Shown: positions 10,803 to 23,412, numbered from the stretch's first letter. The stretch: DNA of 64,000 bases from an uncultured Acidobacteriota bacterium (GCA_963742105.1 CAVUKN010000007.1:514476-578475), one strand, 5' to 3'. Notes: generated from the sequence alone by a model not told the origin. Numbers and translations: made by a program.

Positions 10803-11488
10803 CACATGGAGCGGCCGACGCGCGGACGTTGTCAGGTCCGCGCGGGCGGGCCTGCCGCCTTCGCGTTCCGCTTCGGCGCGCCGCGCCGTAGCCTTTCGCA
10901 GCGGCGGGACACGGCTCGCCCCACGGCTGTTACTGATCGTTGCAGCCGCCTGTTCGGCCTGCTCGAATCACAAGCTCTCCGCGTCCGACGCGCAACGTCT
11001 GATCGAAAGCAGCGGCCGGTTCACGCGCCCCGAACGTACTTACGGTGCGATCGCGATACTGCAGCACCATCGACGCGCCTGCCGACAACGCCGCTTCCGG
11101 GCTGGGGCGGCTCAAGGCGCTGCAGGACGCGGGTGCGATCCGCCTCGAACGGCGGGCGGCGGCCCCTGGCGAATGCTCGTCGACACCCGGTCCGATGCGG
11201 GAATGGCTCCTGGTTTCCATCCCCGACGGCGGGTCGGCCTTCCATCCCCGTTTGCTCGAGAACGACTCGGGTTGGGAATTCACGCTGGCGAAACGGCGAT
11301 TCGTGTCGCTCGCGGAGGTCACCTTCAACAGCGACGACAATCCGACGATTGCGCACGCGGCGTACCGCTGGGCCTGGAAGGACGAGCTGCTCGGGCAATT
11401 GCTGCAGACGTCAGAGGAGCCAGTGAACGCACAAGCAACGTTCATCAGGCCGGACGGAGACTGGCAACTGCGCGACGTCGGGTTTTGA
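10783..11488 (+). CDS. hypothetical lipoprotein-like protein, apparent +1 frameshift near 11060-11070
   Basis: The frame of ORF 10783 carries a lipobox-like LLLIVAAACSACS and good GC3 up to about 11065. From there high GC3 and a plausible sequence continue only in the frame of ORF 11045..11488. No family recognised; start uncertain. Confidence 0.3.
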
Positions 11489-11523
11489 AATCCGTTCAGT
11501 CCCCTTCGAAGTAGCATGAACGG

Positions 11524-13368
11524 ATGCCTTCGCTGGAAACATTCCGGCCCGAGAAGGGCCGAGTCGTCGCCCGGAACGACGTTCCGTCGCGTTACAAATG
11601 GGATCTCACCGCCATCTGCCCTGATACCGACGAGTGGCAGGCCGCGTATCGCCAGCTCGACGCATCGATCGAGTCGTTCAAGCAGTTTCAGGGCACGCTG
11701 AGCCAAGGCGCAGACCGTCTGCTCGAAGCGTTCAAGGCGATGGACGCGATGGGGGCGTTGAGCTATCGCGTCTGGTATTACGCGTCGCTGAAGTACGACG
11801 AGGATCAGCGGAACAACGAGCACAACGCACGCCGGCAGCAGGTGCAGATCCTGTTCGCGCGTCAGCAGCAGGCGAGCTCGTGGTTCAACCCGGAAGTGCT
11901 GCAGATTCCGCTCGACACCATCCGCCGGTGGATGGACGAGAACGCCGAGCTTGGCGTCTACCGCTTTGCGATCGAGAGCCTCTTTCACGAGCAGGAACAC
12001 GTGCTCGACGAAGACGGCGAGCGGCTGCTGTCGTTCGCCGGGCGGTTCAACAGCGTCCCCTACGACAGCTACGCCGCGCTGACCACGGCCGACATGAAGT
12101 TCCCGGCGATCACGCTTGCCACCGGCGAAGAGACGGTGCTGACGTACGGTCAGTATCGAGCGCTGCTCGAGACCAACCGCAACCAAGCCGATCGTGCCGC
12201 CGCCTATCGCGCCTTTCACGGCGCCTATGCCGGAAACCAGAATACCTACGCGTCGCTCTACAACGGTGTCCTGCAACGCGACTGGTTCCATGCGCGCGCC
12301 CGCGGCTACGCCTCGACCCTCGATGCGGCATTGCATGGCAATAACATTCCGACCTCCGTCGTCGAGAACCTGATCCAGGTCACCCGCAAGGGAGTGGAGC
12401 CGCTTCGCCGGTATCACCGGTTGCGCCGGCGGGTCCTCGGCCTGCAGGAGTACAAGCTGTTCGACGTATTCGTGCCGCTGGTCGAGCACGACGTTCGTTA
12501 TCCCTACGACGACGTGGGCGACTGGATCGTCGAATCGGTGGCGCCGCTCGGTCGCGAATACCAGGGCCACGTCCGCTCTGCCTTCGAGGGGGGATGGATC
12601 GACGTCTACGAGAACGCTGGTAAGCGCAGCGGCGCCTATTCAGCGCCGGTGTACGGATCCCATCCGTACATGCTCCTGAACTACAACGAAACGCTCGACG
12701 CCGTATTCACGCTCGCGCACGAGATGGGACACTCCATCCACACGATGTTGTCCCATCAGGCGCAGCCCTTCGTGTATGCCGGTTACACGATCTTCGTCGC
12801 CGAGGTGCCTTCGACGCTGAGTGAGGCGCTGTTCCTCGATTTGATGCTGCAGCGGGCGAAGACCCGGGAAGAGCGGGCCGTGCTGCTGCAGCACGCGATC
12901 GACAGCATTACCAGTACGTTCTATACGCAAGTGATGTTTGCGGATTTCGAGCTTCAGGCGCACCGGCTCGTGGAGCAGGATCAGCCGGTGACCGCTGACG
13001 CGTTGAACGGGATTTACGCCGGACTGCTGCGCGATTACTACGGTGACGTGATCGATGACGAGGAAGTGTCGCGCGTGACCTGGTCGCGGATCCCGCACTT
13101 TTTCAGCACGCCGTACTACGTCTATCAATACGCGACGTGCTTCGCGTCCACGGCGCGGCTGATGCAGGATTTGCGCTCGTCCGATCCGACGGTGCGGAGC
13201 GGCGGCGTCGATCGCTACTTATCTCTGCTGAAAGCCGGTGGCAGTGATTACCCGATGACGCTGCTGGCGCGGGCTGGGGTGGATCTCAGCCAGCCTGGCA
13301 CGGTGCAGGCGGTGGCCACCGAACTCGATACGCTCGTCGCGCGGCTCGAAACCGAGCTCGGGGGGTAA
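11524..13368 (+). CDS. pepF: oligoendopeptidase F (M3 family)
   Basis: 614 aa. Zinc motif HEMGH in FTLAHEMGHSIH. Overall M3B PepF-like sequence. Confidence 0.9.
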   Translation: MPSLETFRPEKGRVVARNDVPSRYKWDLTAICPDTDEWQAAYRQLDASIESFKQFQGTLSQGADRLLEAFKAMDAMGALSYRVWYYASLKYDEDQRNNEHNARRQQVQILFARQQQASSWFNPEVLQIPLDTIRRWMDENAELGVYRFAIESLFHEQEHVLDEDGERLLSFAGRFNSVPYDSYAALTTADMKFPAITLATGEETVLTYGQYRALLETNRNQADRAAAYRAFHGAYAGNQNTYASLYNGVLQRDWFHARARGYASTLDAALHGNNIPTSVVENLIQVTRKGVEPLRRYHRLRRRVLGLQEYKLFDVFVPLVEHDVRYPYDDVGDWIVESVAPLGREYQGHVRSAFEGGWIDVYENAGKRSGAYSAPVYGSHPYMLLNYNETLDAVFTLAHEMGHSIHTMLSHQAQPFVYAGYTIFVAEVPSTLSEALFLDLMLQRAKTREERAVLLQHAIDSITSTFYTQVMFADFELQAHRLVEQDQPVTADALNGIYAGLLRDYYGDVIDDEEVSRVTWSRIPHFFSTPYYVYQYATCFASTARLMQDLRSSDPTVRSGGVDRYLSLLKAGGSDYPMTLLARAGVDLSQPGTVQAVATELDTLVARLETELGG

Positions 13369-13672
13369 CGGGGGACCGGGGAGAACGGGTCAACAAACGG
13401 GGAAACGGGGGAACGGGGACGAACGGAACGAACGTGAATCAGGGTGGATGGCGGCGAAGGGTTAGGGCGCGCTGCTGGCCGCCGCAGGCGGCCCGATCGC
13501 AGGAGAAGGCACAAGACAAGTCGGCCGCTGGATCGTTTGGCCGATTTGTCTTTGTGCCTTCTCCTGCGATCAGGACGGCCCGTTCCACAGGCCGTCAGCA
13601 GCGCTCTTCCGTGTGAAGCCCCGTTCGTCCCCGTTTCCCCGTTTGTGATCCCGTTTTCTCCGTCCTCCCGTC
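13366..13672. repeat. nested imperfect palindrome of about 300 bp (outer ACGGGGA-word arms, inner arms of about 32 bp)
   Basis: Outer arms at 13369-13432 and 13618-13670 are reverse-complementary: ...gagaacgggtcaacaaacggggaaacgggg... versus ...ccccgtttccccgtttgtgatcccgttttctc. Inner arms are gatcgcaggagaaggcacaagacaagtcggcc (13494-13525) and ggccgatttgtctttgtgccttctcctgcgatc (13539-13571). The element starts at the pepF stop codon. Confidence 0.8.
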
Positions 13673-13758
13673 TGACACCCCGCCGTCTCCGCGGTCTCCG
13701 ACGTCCATGATCACGTCGACTCCTCGGAACCGTGTTAGATTCCGACGCCGGAGGTCTC

Positions 13759-14936
13759 GTGACTCGTTCCGGTCGCCATTTCCTGCAGATTCCAGGTCCC
13801 ACCAACGTCCCCGACCGCGTCCTGCGCGCGATGGATGCGCCGGTCATCGATCATCGCGGGCCCGAGTTCGCCGAGCTCGGACACGCAGTCCTCGAGGGGA
13901 TGCGTGCGATCTTTCAGACCAGCTCGCACGTGGTCATCTATCCATCCTCGGGTACGGGTGCGTGCGAAGCGGCGCTTATCCAATGCGTTGTCGCCCGGCG
14001 ATCGCGTCGTGATCATGGAGACCGGCTGGTTCTCGCATGTTGCCTGGCGTCAGGTCGCCGAGCGGCTCGGACTGGTGGTGGACTACGTGCCCGGCACCTG
14101 GCGTCGCGGAGCGTCTCCGGATGATCTCGAGGCGCGGCTGGCGCCGGATCGCCAGCAGGACATCAAGGCGGTGGTCGTGGTCCACAACGAGACCTCGACC
14201 GGCGCCACCAGCCGGATCGCCGACCTGCGTGCGGTGATGAACCGCCTGCGCCATCCCGCGCTGCTGATCGTCGACACGGTGTCGTCGCTTGCTTCGATCG
14301 ACTTCCGCCACGATGAATGGGAAGTGGATGTCGCCGTCAGCGGCTCGCAGAAGGGTCTGATGGTGCCTCCCGGCCTGTCGTTCAACGCCGTGTCGGAAAA
14401 GGCGCTCAAAGCGTCCGCCGCCAAGCGGGTCAAATCGACCAGCACCTACTGGGACTGGCACGAGATGATCCGGATCAACGCCTCGGGATACTTTCCGTAC
14501 ACACCGGCCACGAACCTGCTCTACGGGCTGCGCGAGGCGCTGGCCATGCTTCAGGAAGAAGGGCTCCAGAATGTCTTTCATCGCCACGTTCGGCACGGCG
14601 AGGCGACCCGCGCCGCCGTTCGCGCCTGGGGCCTCGAGATCCTCTGCGAAGAGCCCAGCGAGTATTCGAATGTCCTCACCGCAGTGCTTGATGCCCGACG
14701 GGCACGATGCCGATCGCCTGCGGCAGCTGATACTCGATCGGTTCGACATGTCACTCGGGACCGGGCTCGGGAAACTGGCGGGGAAGGCGTTCCGAATCGG
14801 TCACCTCGGCAGCTTCAACGACCTGATGCTTGCCGGCACGCTCGGCGGTGTGGAGATGGGGCTGGCAGCGGCCGGAGTCCCGCACCGGGCCGGCGGCGTG
14901 GCGGCGGCGCTCGCACGTCTGGCCCCGGCTGACTGA
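13759..14936 (+). pseudogene. class V aminotransferase (serine-pyruvate / alanine-glyoxylate type) with two +1 frameshifts (about 13981 and about 14690)
   Basis: Three consecutive frames carry one continuous aminotransferase V sequence. Segment 1: GRHFLQIPGPTNVPDRVLRAM...SSGTGACEAAL. Segment 2: NALSPGDRVV...SGSQKGLMVPPGLS...SNVLTAVL. Segment 3: MPDGHDADRLRQLILDRFDMSLGTGLGKLAGKAFRIGHLG. Deleting one base at each junction restores a single ORF. GGAGG lies 4 nt upstream of GTG 13759. Confidence 0.8.
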
Positions 14937-14937
14937 C

Positions 14938-16221
14938 ATGACGCGCCTGCGGTCCACGGGCGTCGTCCTGTTCCTCCTGTGCCTGATGTACGGCATCACC
15001 TACATCGATCGGGTCAATGTCAGCACCGCGTCGGCCGTATTCGGCAAGGAGCTTCACCTTTCGAACGCGCAAGTCGGCTTCGTGTTCTCGGCGTTTGCGT
15101 ATCCGTACTTGTTGTTCCAGATTCTCGGTGGATGGGTGGGGGACCGATTCGGCGCACGCATCGCGTTGACGGTGGCCGGGGTGATCTGGTCGATCGGCAC
15201 GATCTTGACCGGGCTGGCCGGCAGCCTGACGTCGATGATCGCCGCGCGGCTGGTTCTGGGCTTCGGCGAGGGTGCGACCTTCCCGGTGGCAACCCGGGCG
15301 ATGTCGGACTGGACGGCGCCGGAGCGTCGGGGATTTGCCCAGGGCATCACGCATTCGGCCGCGCGGCTGGGAAACGCCCTCACGCCCCCGATGGTGGCCG
15401 CGTTGATCGCACTCGTCAGCTGGCGCGGATCCTTCTTCATCCTGGGCGTCGTCAGCCTCGCGTGGACGGTGACGTGGGCGCTCTACTTTCGCGACAACCC
15501 TGCTGACCACCCGTCGATCACGCGCCCGGAACTCGAGCGTTTGCCGGCGTTCCGATCGCGTGCGCAACGCAAACGTGAGCCGGTGCCCTGGGGACCGCTG
15601 ACACGCCGCATGCTGCCGGTCACCATCGTCTACTTCTGCTACGGCTGGACGCTGTGGCTGTATCTGTCGTGGATCCCGCAGTACTTTGCGCAAAGCTACA
15701 AGCTGAACCTGCGTGATTCGTCGCTGTTTGCGGCAGGCGTGTTCTTCGGCGGGGTCGTCGGCGATACGCTTGGCGGAGTGGTGACCGATCGCATCTACGA
15801 ACGGACGCGCAGCCGTGACAAGGCCCGTCGCAATCTCGTCGTGCTCGGGTTTCTGTGTTCGCTGGCGTTCATGCTGCCGATTCTCTTCGTGCACGACGTG
15901 ACGATGGCAGCGATCTGCCTGAGCGCGGCATTCTTCTTTTCCGAGTTCACGATCGGTCCAATGTGGGCGATCCCGATGGACATCGCGCCCAAGTACTCCG
16001 GAACGGCCAGCGGCCTGATGAACACCGGTTCGGCATTGGCGGCGATCGTCTCGCCGGTGATCGCCGGCTACATCATCGACAAGACCGGCGTCTGGGAACT
16101 GCCCTTCATCGGCAGCATCGTGTTGCTGCTCCTCGGCGCGATGCTCGCGTTCCGGATGAGGCCCGACGAGGAACTCACGATCCCCGCGCAGGGCAGGACC
16201 TACGACGAGGCCCGTGCGTGA
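14938..16221 (+). CDS. MFS transporter (anion:cation symporter-like)
   Basis: About 12 predicted TM segments. GWVGDRFGAR loop motif. ATG 14938 directly follows the aminotransferase stop. Confidence 0.85.
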   Translation: MTRLRSTGVVLFLLCLMYGITYIDRVNVSTASAVFGKELHLSNAQVGFVFSAFAYPYLLFQILGGWVGDRFGARIALTVAGVIWSIGTILTGLAGSLTSMIAARLVLGFGEGATFPVATRAMSDWTAPERRGFAQGITHSAARLGNALTPPMVAALIALVSWRGSFFILGVVSLAWTVTWALYFRDNPADHPSITRPELERLPAFRSRAQRKREPVPWGPLTRRMLPVTIVYFCYGWTLWLYLSWIPQYFAQSYKLNLRDSSLFAAGVFFGGVVGDTLGGVVTDRIYERTRSRDKARRNLVVLGFLCSLAFMLPILFVHDVTMAAICLSAAFFFSEFTIGPMWAIPMDIAPKYSGTASGLMNTGSALAAIVSPVIAGYIIDKTGVWELPFIGSIVLLLLGAMLAFRMRPDEELTIPAQGRTYDEARA

Positions 16222-19147
16222 CGCGGCTGCCGGTCATACCTCTTCCCCCAGCTCGCACGCCAAGCCGGTCGATAGCTTCCAGCACTCCGAGGACCTGGCG
16301 CACGCGCTGAGAGCCGCCGTTCGCGGCGAGGTGAGGTTCGATCGCGGCAGCCGCGCCTTGTACGCGTCCGACGCATCGAATTACCGCCAGATCCCCATCG
16401 GCATTCTGGTTCCTCGCGACGCCGAGGACGTCGCTGCCGCTGTCGCAGTCTGCCGAGAGTACGACGTGCCGCTCCTGCCGCGTGGCGCCGGCACCAGCCT
16501 CGCCGGCCAATCCTGCAACGTCGCCGTCGTCATCGACTTCACGAAGTACATGAACCGCGTGCTGGAGCTGAACGCGGAAGAACGGTACGCGCGGGTCCAG
16601 CCTGGCGTCGTGCTGGATGCACTGCGCGATCAGGCGGAGCACCACCAGGTGACGTTCGGTCCCGATCCCTCTACGCACAGCCGCTGCACGCTGGGCGGCA
16701 TGATCGGCAACAACTCGTGTGGGACGCATTCACTGCTGGCCGGCAAGACGGTGGACAACGTTCACGAGCTGACGGTCCTGCTGTACGACGGCGCCGTGAT
16801 GACGGTTGGCGCGACGACCGCCGACCAGCTCGCGTCGATAACACGTGCCAGGGGCCGACGTGCAGAGGTCTATCAGGCGCTTCGTGCCCTCGGCGATCGT
16901 CATGCGTCGGCCATTCGATCCCAGTTCCCTGACATTCCCCGGCGCGTGTCCGGTTACAACCTCGAACAGCTGTTGCCCGAGAACGGTTTTCACGTCGCGC
17001 GGGCGCTCGTAGGAACCGAGGGCACATGCGCGCTCGTGCTCGAGGCCAGAGTGGCACTGATCGAGAGCCCTCAGCATCGGTCGCTTGTCGGCCTCGGCTA
17101 TGCCGATACGTTCGCCGCGGCCGATCACGTCATGGAGATTCTCCCGTTCACGCCGATCGGACTCGAAGGATTCGAAGGCGCGATGATTGACGGCCTGAAG
17201 CGAAGGGGAGCCCCGAACCTCGAACTGATGCCAGAAGGGCGCGGATTCCTGCTCGTCGAATTCGGCGCCGCCAGCGCCGCCGAAGCGCACGCGCGGGCAC
17301 AGTCTCTCATCGAGCACCTGGCGCGTATGCCCGGTGCGCCGACCGCCCGCCTGTACACCCCGACCGAAGCGAAAGCGGTCTGGAAGATCCGCGAGGCCGG
17401 GCCGCGGGCCGCATCGAATGCTCCCGGGCAACCTCCCCGCTGGGAGGGGTGGGACGACGCGGCGGTCGCGCCAGAGAAGCTCGGCGCATACTTGAGGGAA
17501 CTGCGGGCGCTGCTGAACGAGTTCGAGTACGAGGCCGCGTATTACGGGCACTTCGGTCACGGCTGCATTCACATGCAGACCAGCTTCGACCTGCAGAGCG
17601 AAGCTGGCATCCGCAAGTACGCCGAGTTCATCGATCGCGCCGCCGACATCGTGGTGCGGCATGGCGGATCGATCTCGGGCGAGCATGGCGACGGGCAGGC
17701 GCGTGGGGCACTGCTGGCCAAGATGTTCAGCCCGGACCTGATGGACGGGTTTCGGCAGTTCAAGCACGCGTGGGATCCGCGCGGGCGGATGAATCCCGGA
17801 AAACTGATCGACGCGTATCTTCCCACCGAGAACCTGCGCCTCGGCGCCGACTTCAAGCCGGCCGAACCGGCTACGCACTTCGCCTTTCCCGACGACAACG
17901 GATCCTTCGCGAAGGCGTCGATGCGCTGCATCGGGCTTGGCGAGTGCCGCAAGGACCTCTACGGCACGATGTGTCCCAGTTACATGGCGACGCGCGAGGA
18001 GGAGCACAGCACGCGCGGTCGCGCCCGCCTGTTATGGGAGATGCTCCAGGGCGAGGCCATTCGAGACGGATGGCGCGACGAGCAGGTGAAGCGGTCGCTG
18101 GACCTGTGTCTCTCGTGTAAGGCGTGCAAGTCGGAGTGTCCGACCAACGTCGATATCGCCACCTACCGGGCCGAGTTCCTGTCGCACTACTACGAGTCCC
18201 ATTCACGACCGCTGCATGCGCACGTGTTCGGCAAGATCGACCAATGGGCCCGCCGCGGCTCGCTCGTACCAACGCTGGCCAACCTTGGTGCGCGTCTGCC
18301 CGGCGTGCGCGGCTTGCTTGGCATCGCCCGCGAGCCGGAACTGCCGCGCCTGGCAGGCGAGAGTTTCGTGAAGTGGGCGGGACGCCGTGGAGTGGCGACG
18401 CTCTCGGACGGTCGACGCCTGGCGGCGCATCCGGGCGCCCGGACCGTCATTCTGTTCACGGACACCTTCAACAACTACTTCACCCCGGACACGTCGAGGT
18501 CAGCGCTCGCGGTGCTGCGCCACGCTGGTTGTGAGGTGGTGATCCCGGGCGGCCACGTCTGCTGCGGCCGACCGTTGTACGACTTCGGTTTTCTCGACGA
18601 TGCGAAGCGGTACCTGCGCGCCCTGCTGGAGCGTCTGGCGCCCGCGATTGACGCGGGTGTCCCGCTCGTGATCCTCGAGCCGAGTTGCGCCTCGGTGTTC
18701 CGGGACGAGTTACGCAACCTTTTTCCGACTGACGCACGGGCCGAGCGTCTGCGACGGCAGACCTTTCTGCTGAGCGAGTTCCTCCAGCATCAATGCCCTG
18801 AGTACGAGCCGCCCCGGATCGACGCTCCAGTGCTGTTGCATGGACACTGTCATCACAAGGCGGTAATGAAGATGGCCGACGAGGAAGCCCTGCTGCGACG
18901 CACCGGCGCGACGCTCACGGTGCCCGACGCGGGCTGCTGCGGGATGGCCGGGCCGTTCGGATTCGAGGCGGAGAAGTACGAGGTGTCGCGGGCGATCGGA
19001 GAGCGCGTCCTGCTTCCGGCGGTGCGGCACGCAACGCAGGACACTCTGATCGTGTCGAACGGTTTCAGCTGCCGTGAGCGGATCGGGCAGGGCACCGGTC
19101 GAAAAGCGCAGCACCTGGCCGAAGTCCTGGCCCATTCAATCCGGTGA
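16214..19147 (+). CDS. FAD-binding oxidase fused to an Fe-S / CCG cysteine-rich domain (GlcD-GlcF-like 2-hydroxyacid dehydrogenase)
   Basis: 977 aa. N-terminal FAD PCMH domain (PRGAGTSLAGQ). Central CxxCxxC ferredoxin-like motifs (CLSCKACKSECP). C-terminal CCG-like cysteine motifs (VCCGRP, GCCGMAG). The start overlaps the MFS stop by 8 nt. Confidence 0.85.
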   Translation: MRDAAAGHTSSPSSHAKPVDSFQHSEDLAHALRAAVRGEVRFDRGSRALYASDASNYRQIPIGILVPRDAEDVAAAVAVCREYDVPLLPRGAGTSLAGQSCNVAVVIDFTKYMNRVLELNAEERYARVQPGVVLDALRDQAEHHQVTFGPDPSTHSRCTLGGMIGNNSCGTHSLLAGKTVDNVHELTVLLYDGAVMTVGATTADQLASITRARGRRAEVYQALRALGDRHASAIRSQFPDIPRRVSGYNLEQLLPENGFHVARALVGTEGTCALVLEARVALIESPQHRSLVGLGYADTFAAADHVMEILPFTPIGLEGFEGAMIDGLKRRGAPNLELMPEGRGFLLVEFGAASAAEAHARAQSLIEHLARMPGAPTARLYTPTEAKAVWKIREAGPRAASNAPGQPPRWEGWDDAAVAPEKLGAYLRELRALLNEFEYEAAYYGHFGHGCIHMQTSFDLQSEAGIRKYAEFIDRAADIVVRHGGSISGEHGDGQARGALLAKMFSPDLMDGFRQFKHAWDPRGRMNPGKLIDAYLPTENLRLGADFKPAEPATHFAFPDDNGSFAKASMRCIGLGECRKDLYGTMCPSYMATREEEHSTRGRARLLWEMLQGEAIRDGWRDEQVKRSLDLCLSCKACKSECPTNVDIATYRAEFLSHYYESHSRPLHAHVFGKIDQWARRGSLVPTLANLGARLPGVRGLLGIAREPELPRLAGESFVKWAGRRGVATLSDGRRLAAHPGARTVILFTDTFNNYFTPDTSRSALAVLRHAGCEVVIPGGHVCCGRPLYDFGFLDDAKRYLRALLERLAPAIDAGVPLVILEPSCASVFRDELRNLFPTDARAERLRRQTFLLSEFLQHQCPEYEPPRIDAPVLLHGHCHHKAVMKMADEEALLRRTGATLTVPDAGCCGMAGPFGFEAEKYEVSRAIGERVLLPAVRHATQDTLIVSNGFSCRERIGQGTGRKAQHLAEVLAHSIR

Positions 19148-19390
19148 GCCGTCCGGCGAGCCGCTCGGGAACCGACCGTCTGTGAGCGGCGGGCAATGTC
19201 ACGCTGCAGCCTCCGTGCGCAACTCGGTGGTCGTCAGAGGTATGGTGCTGGGTCGCGCCGCGAGCAGCAGCGCGCCCGCTCCCTCACCTGCGCGGACGTG
19301 GGGCCAGAAGCGTAAGCGAACGATCGAGCCGTGATCGCTCCCGATGTCGAATCGGGACGAGTGGAATCGGCGACATGAACGTGTTCTCCG

Positions 19391-20988
<1,598 letters not shown>

Positions 20989-20992
<4 letters not shown>

Positions 20993-23202
20993 GTGCTGAC
21001 CTCGGGACCAGGTGTCTCGGTGCGCCGCTTCAACGCGGACAGGTTGAGCAGGATCGACGCGTTCGACTGCAGCAGCTCGGCGACGACGGTGTCGTGCGGT
21101 CGACGCGCGCTGCGGAGGCGTGTGGGTTGATCGAGGAAAGGCGAGAGCCGTTCATGGATCGACGGTGGAAGAATCAGCTCGAGATACTCGAGCGACGTAC
21201 CGCGGAGCCGCTCGTCGTCGGTGTGCAGTCCACGAAACGCGATGCGCAAGGGTTCACGGGGAAGCGTGAGCGACAGAATCGTGAACACGTGTGCCAGGCT
21301 CTGTGTTGCTCGATCGGTGAGCCCTTCGACAAACGGCTCGATATCCTCGGGCTCCACGCGGTCAAGCAGAGGACGGCTCCGCCACACGTGCTGACTCACT
21401 GTCGCTTCGCGCAGCACGACGTCTAACGTTCGCTTTGCATCGATGTGCAGTCCGGGAGTTCCGCTGATGATGGCCGCCAGCGCCCGTCCGCACTGGAAGC
21501 GAACCTCGAAGCGCGGATCATCCAGGCCGAGCATCAGGCCGTCGACCGCGCGTTGTGTCGGGCAGGCTGAAAACACGCGGGCGACCCGGCGGCGGATCGC
21601 GAACGGCTGCTCCTGATCCAGTAACGCGTCGGTCAGCTGGCCAATGCGGAGCGCGGCGACGTTGCGCAAGGCCCGAACGGCCTCGTCCGCAACGGCATCC
21701 CAGCCCAGTAGGGAAATGACAGTTGCCACCAGGGGTGCTCCGATTCCATCGACGGCGCGGAGCACACTGACGACGCGGGTGCGATCGCGGGACCGTAATT
21801 CGAGGATCGTCAGCAGCTCTGTGTCCGGACGGGCCGTAATTGGAGGATCTGGCAGTGCCCCTGACGTCGCGATGCGCGGCTGCCGGACGCGCAACGCGAT
21901 GGTCCTGGTCAACGTGTCGTGCACCTGGGTCAAGTCGAGTTCCACGGCACGATTGCGGAGACTGGCTTCGAGCGACTGCACGTAGCCGCGACGCAGCCGC
22001 GACGATACGATCAGCGCCAGCGCTGAACAGACGATTGCCGCGCCAAGCACGGCACTGAGCTGGCCCGCAAACGCGAGCCATTGCACCAGCCGGATCAGGC
22101 TCGCGCCGGCCGCATCGCCAAGCTTGTCGAAACCGACGTCGATGACTGACTTCGCCGCGCGCTTGTCGGCTGACGCGACCGGCGTGTAGAAGACCTCATA
22201 GCCGGAGCGAAAGATCGAGCCGCGCAGGATTGCCTGCCCACTTCGCGCGGCCATGGCACTGGGCAGGCCGGGGACGAGCAACGCGCCGATGCTTCCCAGC
22301 ATCACCGCCGCGGACGGCGAGGCGGTGGCGACCGTCAGGCCGAATCGTTCGAGAACCATCCGGTTCGAGGACGTCTGAATGATGAACGTCATCACGTTGA
22401 TGGCCACGTAGTACATGGCGAAGAAGCGCAGCAGGTCCTCGCCCCGCCCGAACCGCGCGACCGCGTGCGCCTTGAAGGCGTAATCCACCAGCACGGCCCC
22501 CATCGTGCCAAGCAGTACCAGGGCCGCGAGGTCCCGCAGGTACGGCGTGGACGCGAGCAGCCGCAGTCCCGAACGCGGCGGGGCGGGTGCCAGTTCCGGC
22601 GAGAGCTCCCGCGCTCCGGTTCCGGCAGTCGCGCCCGAAAGCCGATGGACTTGCGCCGCGGAGACGAGACTCAATGCGCCGAGCACCAGCAGCATGGCTG
22701 GTACTCCGAAGATGGTCGCGATCCGTTCCGCGAGGAGTCCGCCGGCGACCCCACCAGCGGTTCCCGCCGCGGCGATCTGACCAAACCGTCGTTTTGCCGT
22801 GCGTGGATCAAACTGCTCGGTCACGATCAACCAGAATCCCGACGCGAGGATTGGCGTGAAGCCGGACACGTGCAAGTAGACGAGTCGTGCCGCCAGCGTG
22901 GGGGCGAACCGCACCATCACCCATTCGCCAGCGAACGCGGCGGCGCTTATGCCAAGCGCTGCGGCAACAGCATTGGCCGGCGCCAACTGCCTGAACGCCC
23001 TGCCGCTGATCATGACGATCAGGATCGAGAAGCCGGCCGTCGCAAGAATGATCTCGGGAAGGGAGCCAACACCGAGCGACGCAAAGTAGAGCGCGTCACG
23101 AGTTGTCGTGCCGGCAACAAATTGCGCGGTGAGAACGCCGGCACACAGCATCGCTGCGACCGTTGGCGATCGAGGCTTCCTCAAAAGGTGTGGTTCACCC
23201 AC
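20989..23202 (-). CDS. 12-TM transporter-like domain (MFS / ATP:ADP-antiporter-like) fused to a C-terminal HEAT-repeat domain
   Basis: 737 aa. The first 420 aa or so are polytopic membrane sequence. The last 300 aa or so have HEAT-like periodicity (DPRFEVRFQCGRALA...). The stop overlaps the kinase start by 4 nt (ATGA-type coupling). Confidence 0.7.
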
Positions 23203-23250
23203 AGGATCGCGCGGCGCTAATTACGAGCAGCTCCAAGTTCCGGCGGGGAC

Positions 23251-23412
23251 TCAGAGGCGCGGCGCTGCCGGTGCTGCCGCTCCCGGCTGGCTTTTTGTGA
23301 CGGACGTTTTGGCCGGCCCGTGATCCTGTTTCCTCTGTTCGTCGTCCTTGTGCTTCTTCAGCTGTTGTTGCTTCTGTTTGGCCTTGTCCTTCTTGCCGCC
23401 TTTGTCGCCCAT
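23251..23412 (-). CDS. 53-aa lysine-rich small protein (MGDKGGKKDKAKQKQQQLKKHKDDEQRKQDHGPAKTSVTKSQPGAAAPAAPRL)
   Basis: Absent from the supplied ORF track, possibly because it is short. ATG is preceded by AAGGAG with a 6-nt spacer. GC3 is higher than in the antisense ORF 23320..23712. It ends 48 nt upstream of the 12-TM/HEAT gene on the same strand. Confidence 0.5.
   Translation of the reverse strand: MGDKGGKKDKAKQKQQQLKKHKDDEQRKQDHGPAKTSVTKSQPGAAAPAAPRL

Noticed and set aside
13366-13672. The nested palindrome as a retron msr/msd or an integron attC-like site
   Set aside because: There is no reverse transcriptase or integrase gene nearby. The outer arms belong to the same word-repeat style seen at many other 3' ends in the window.
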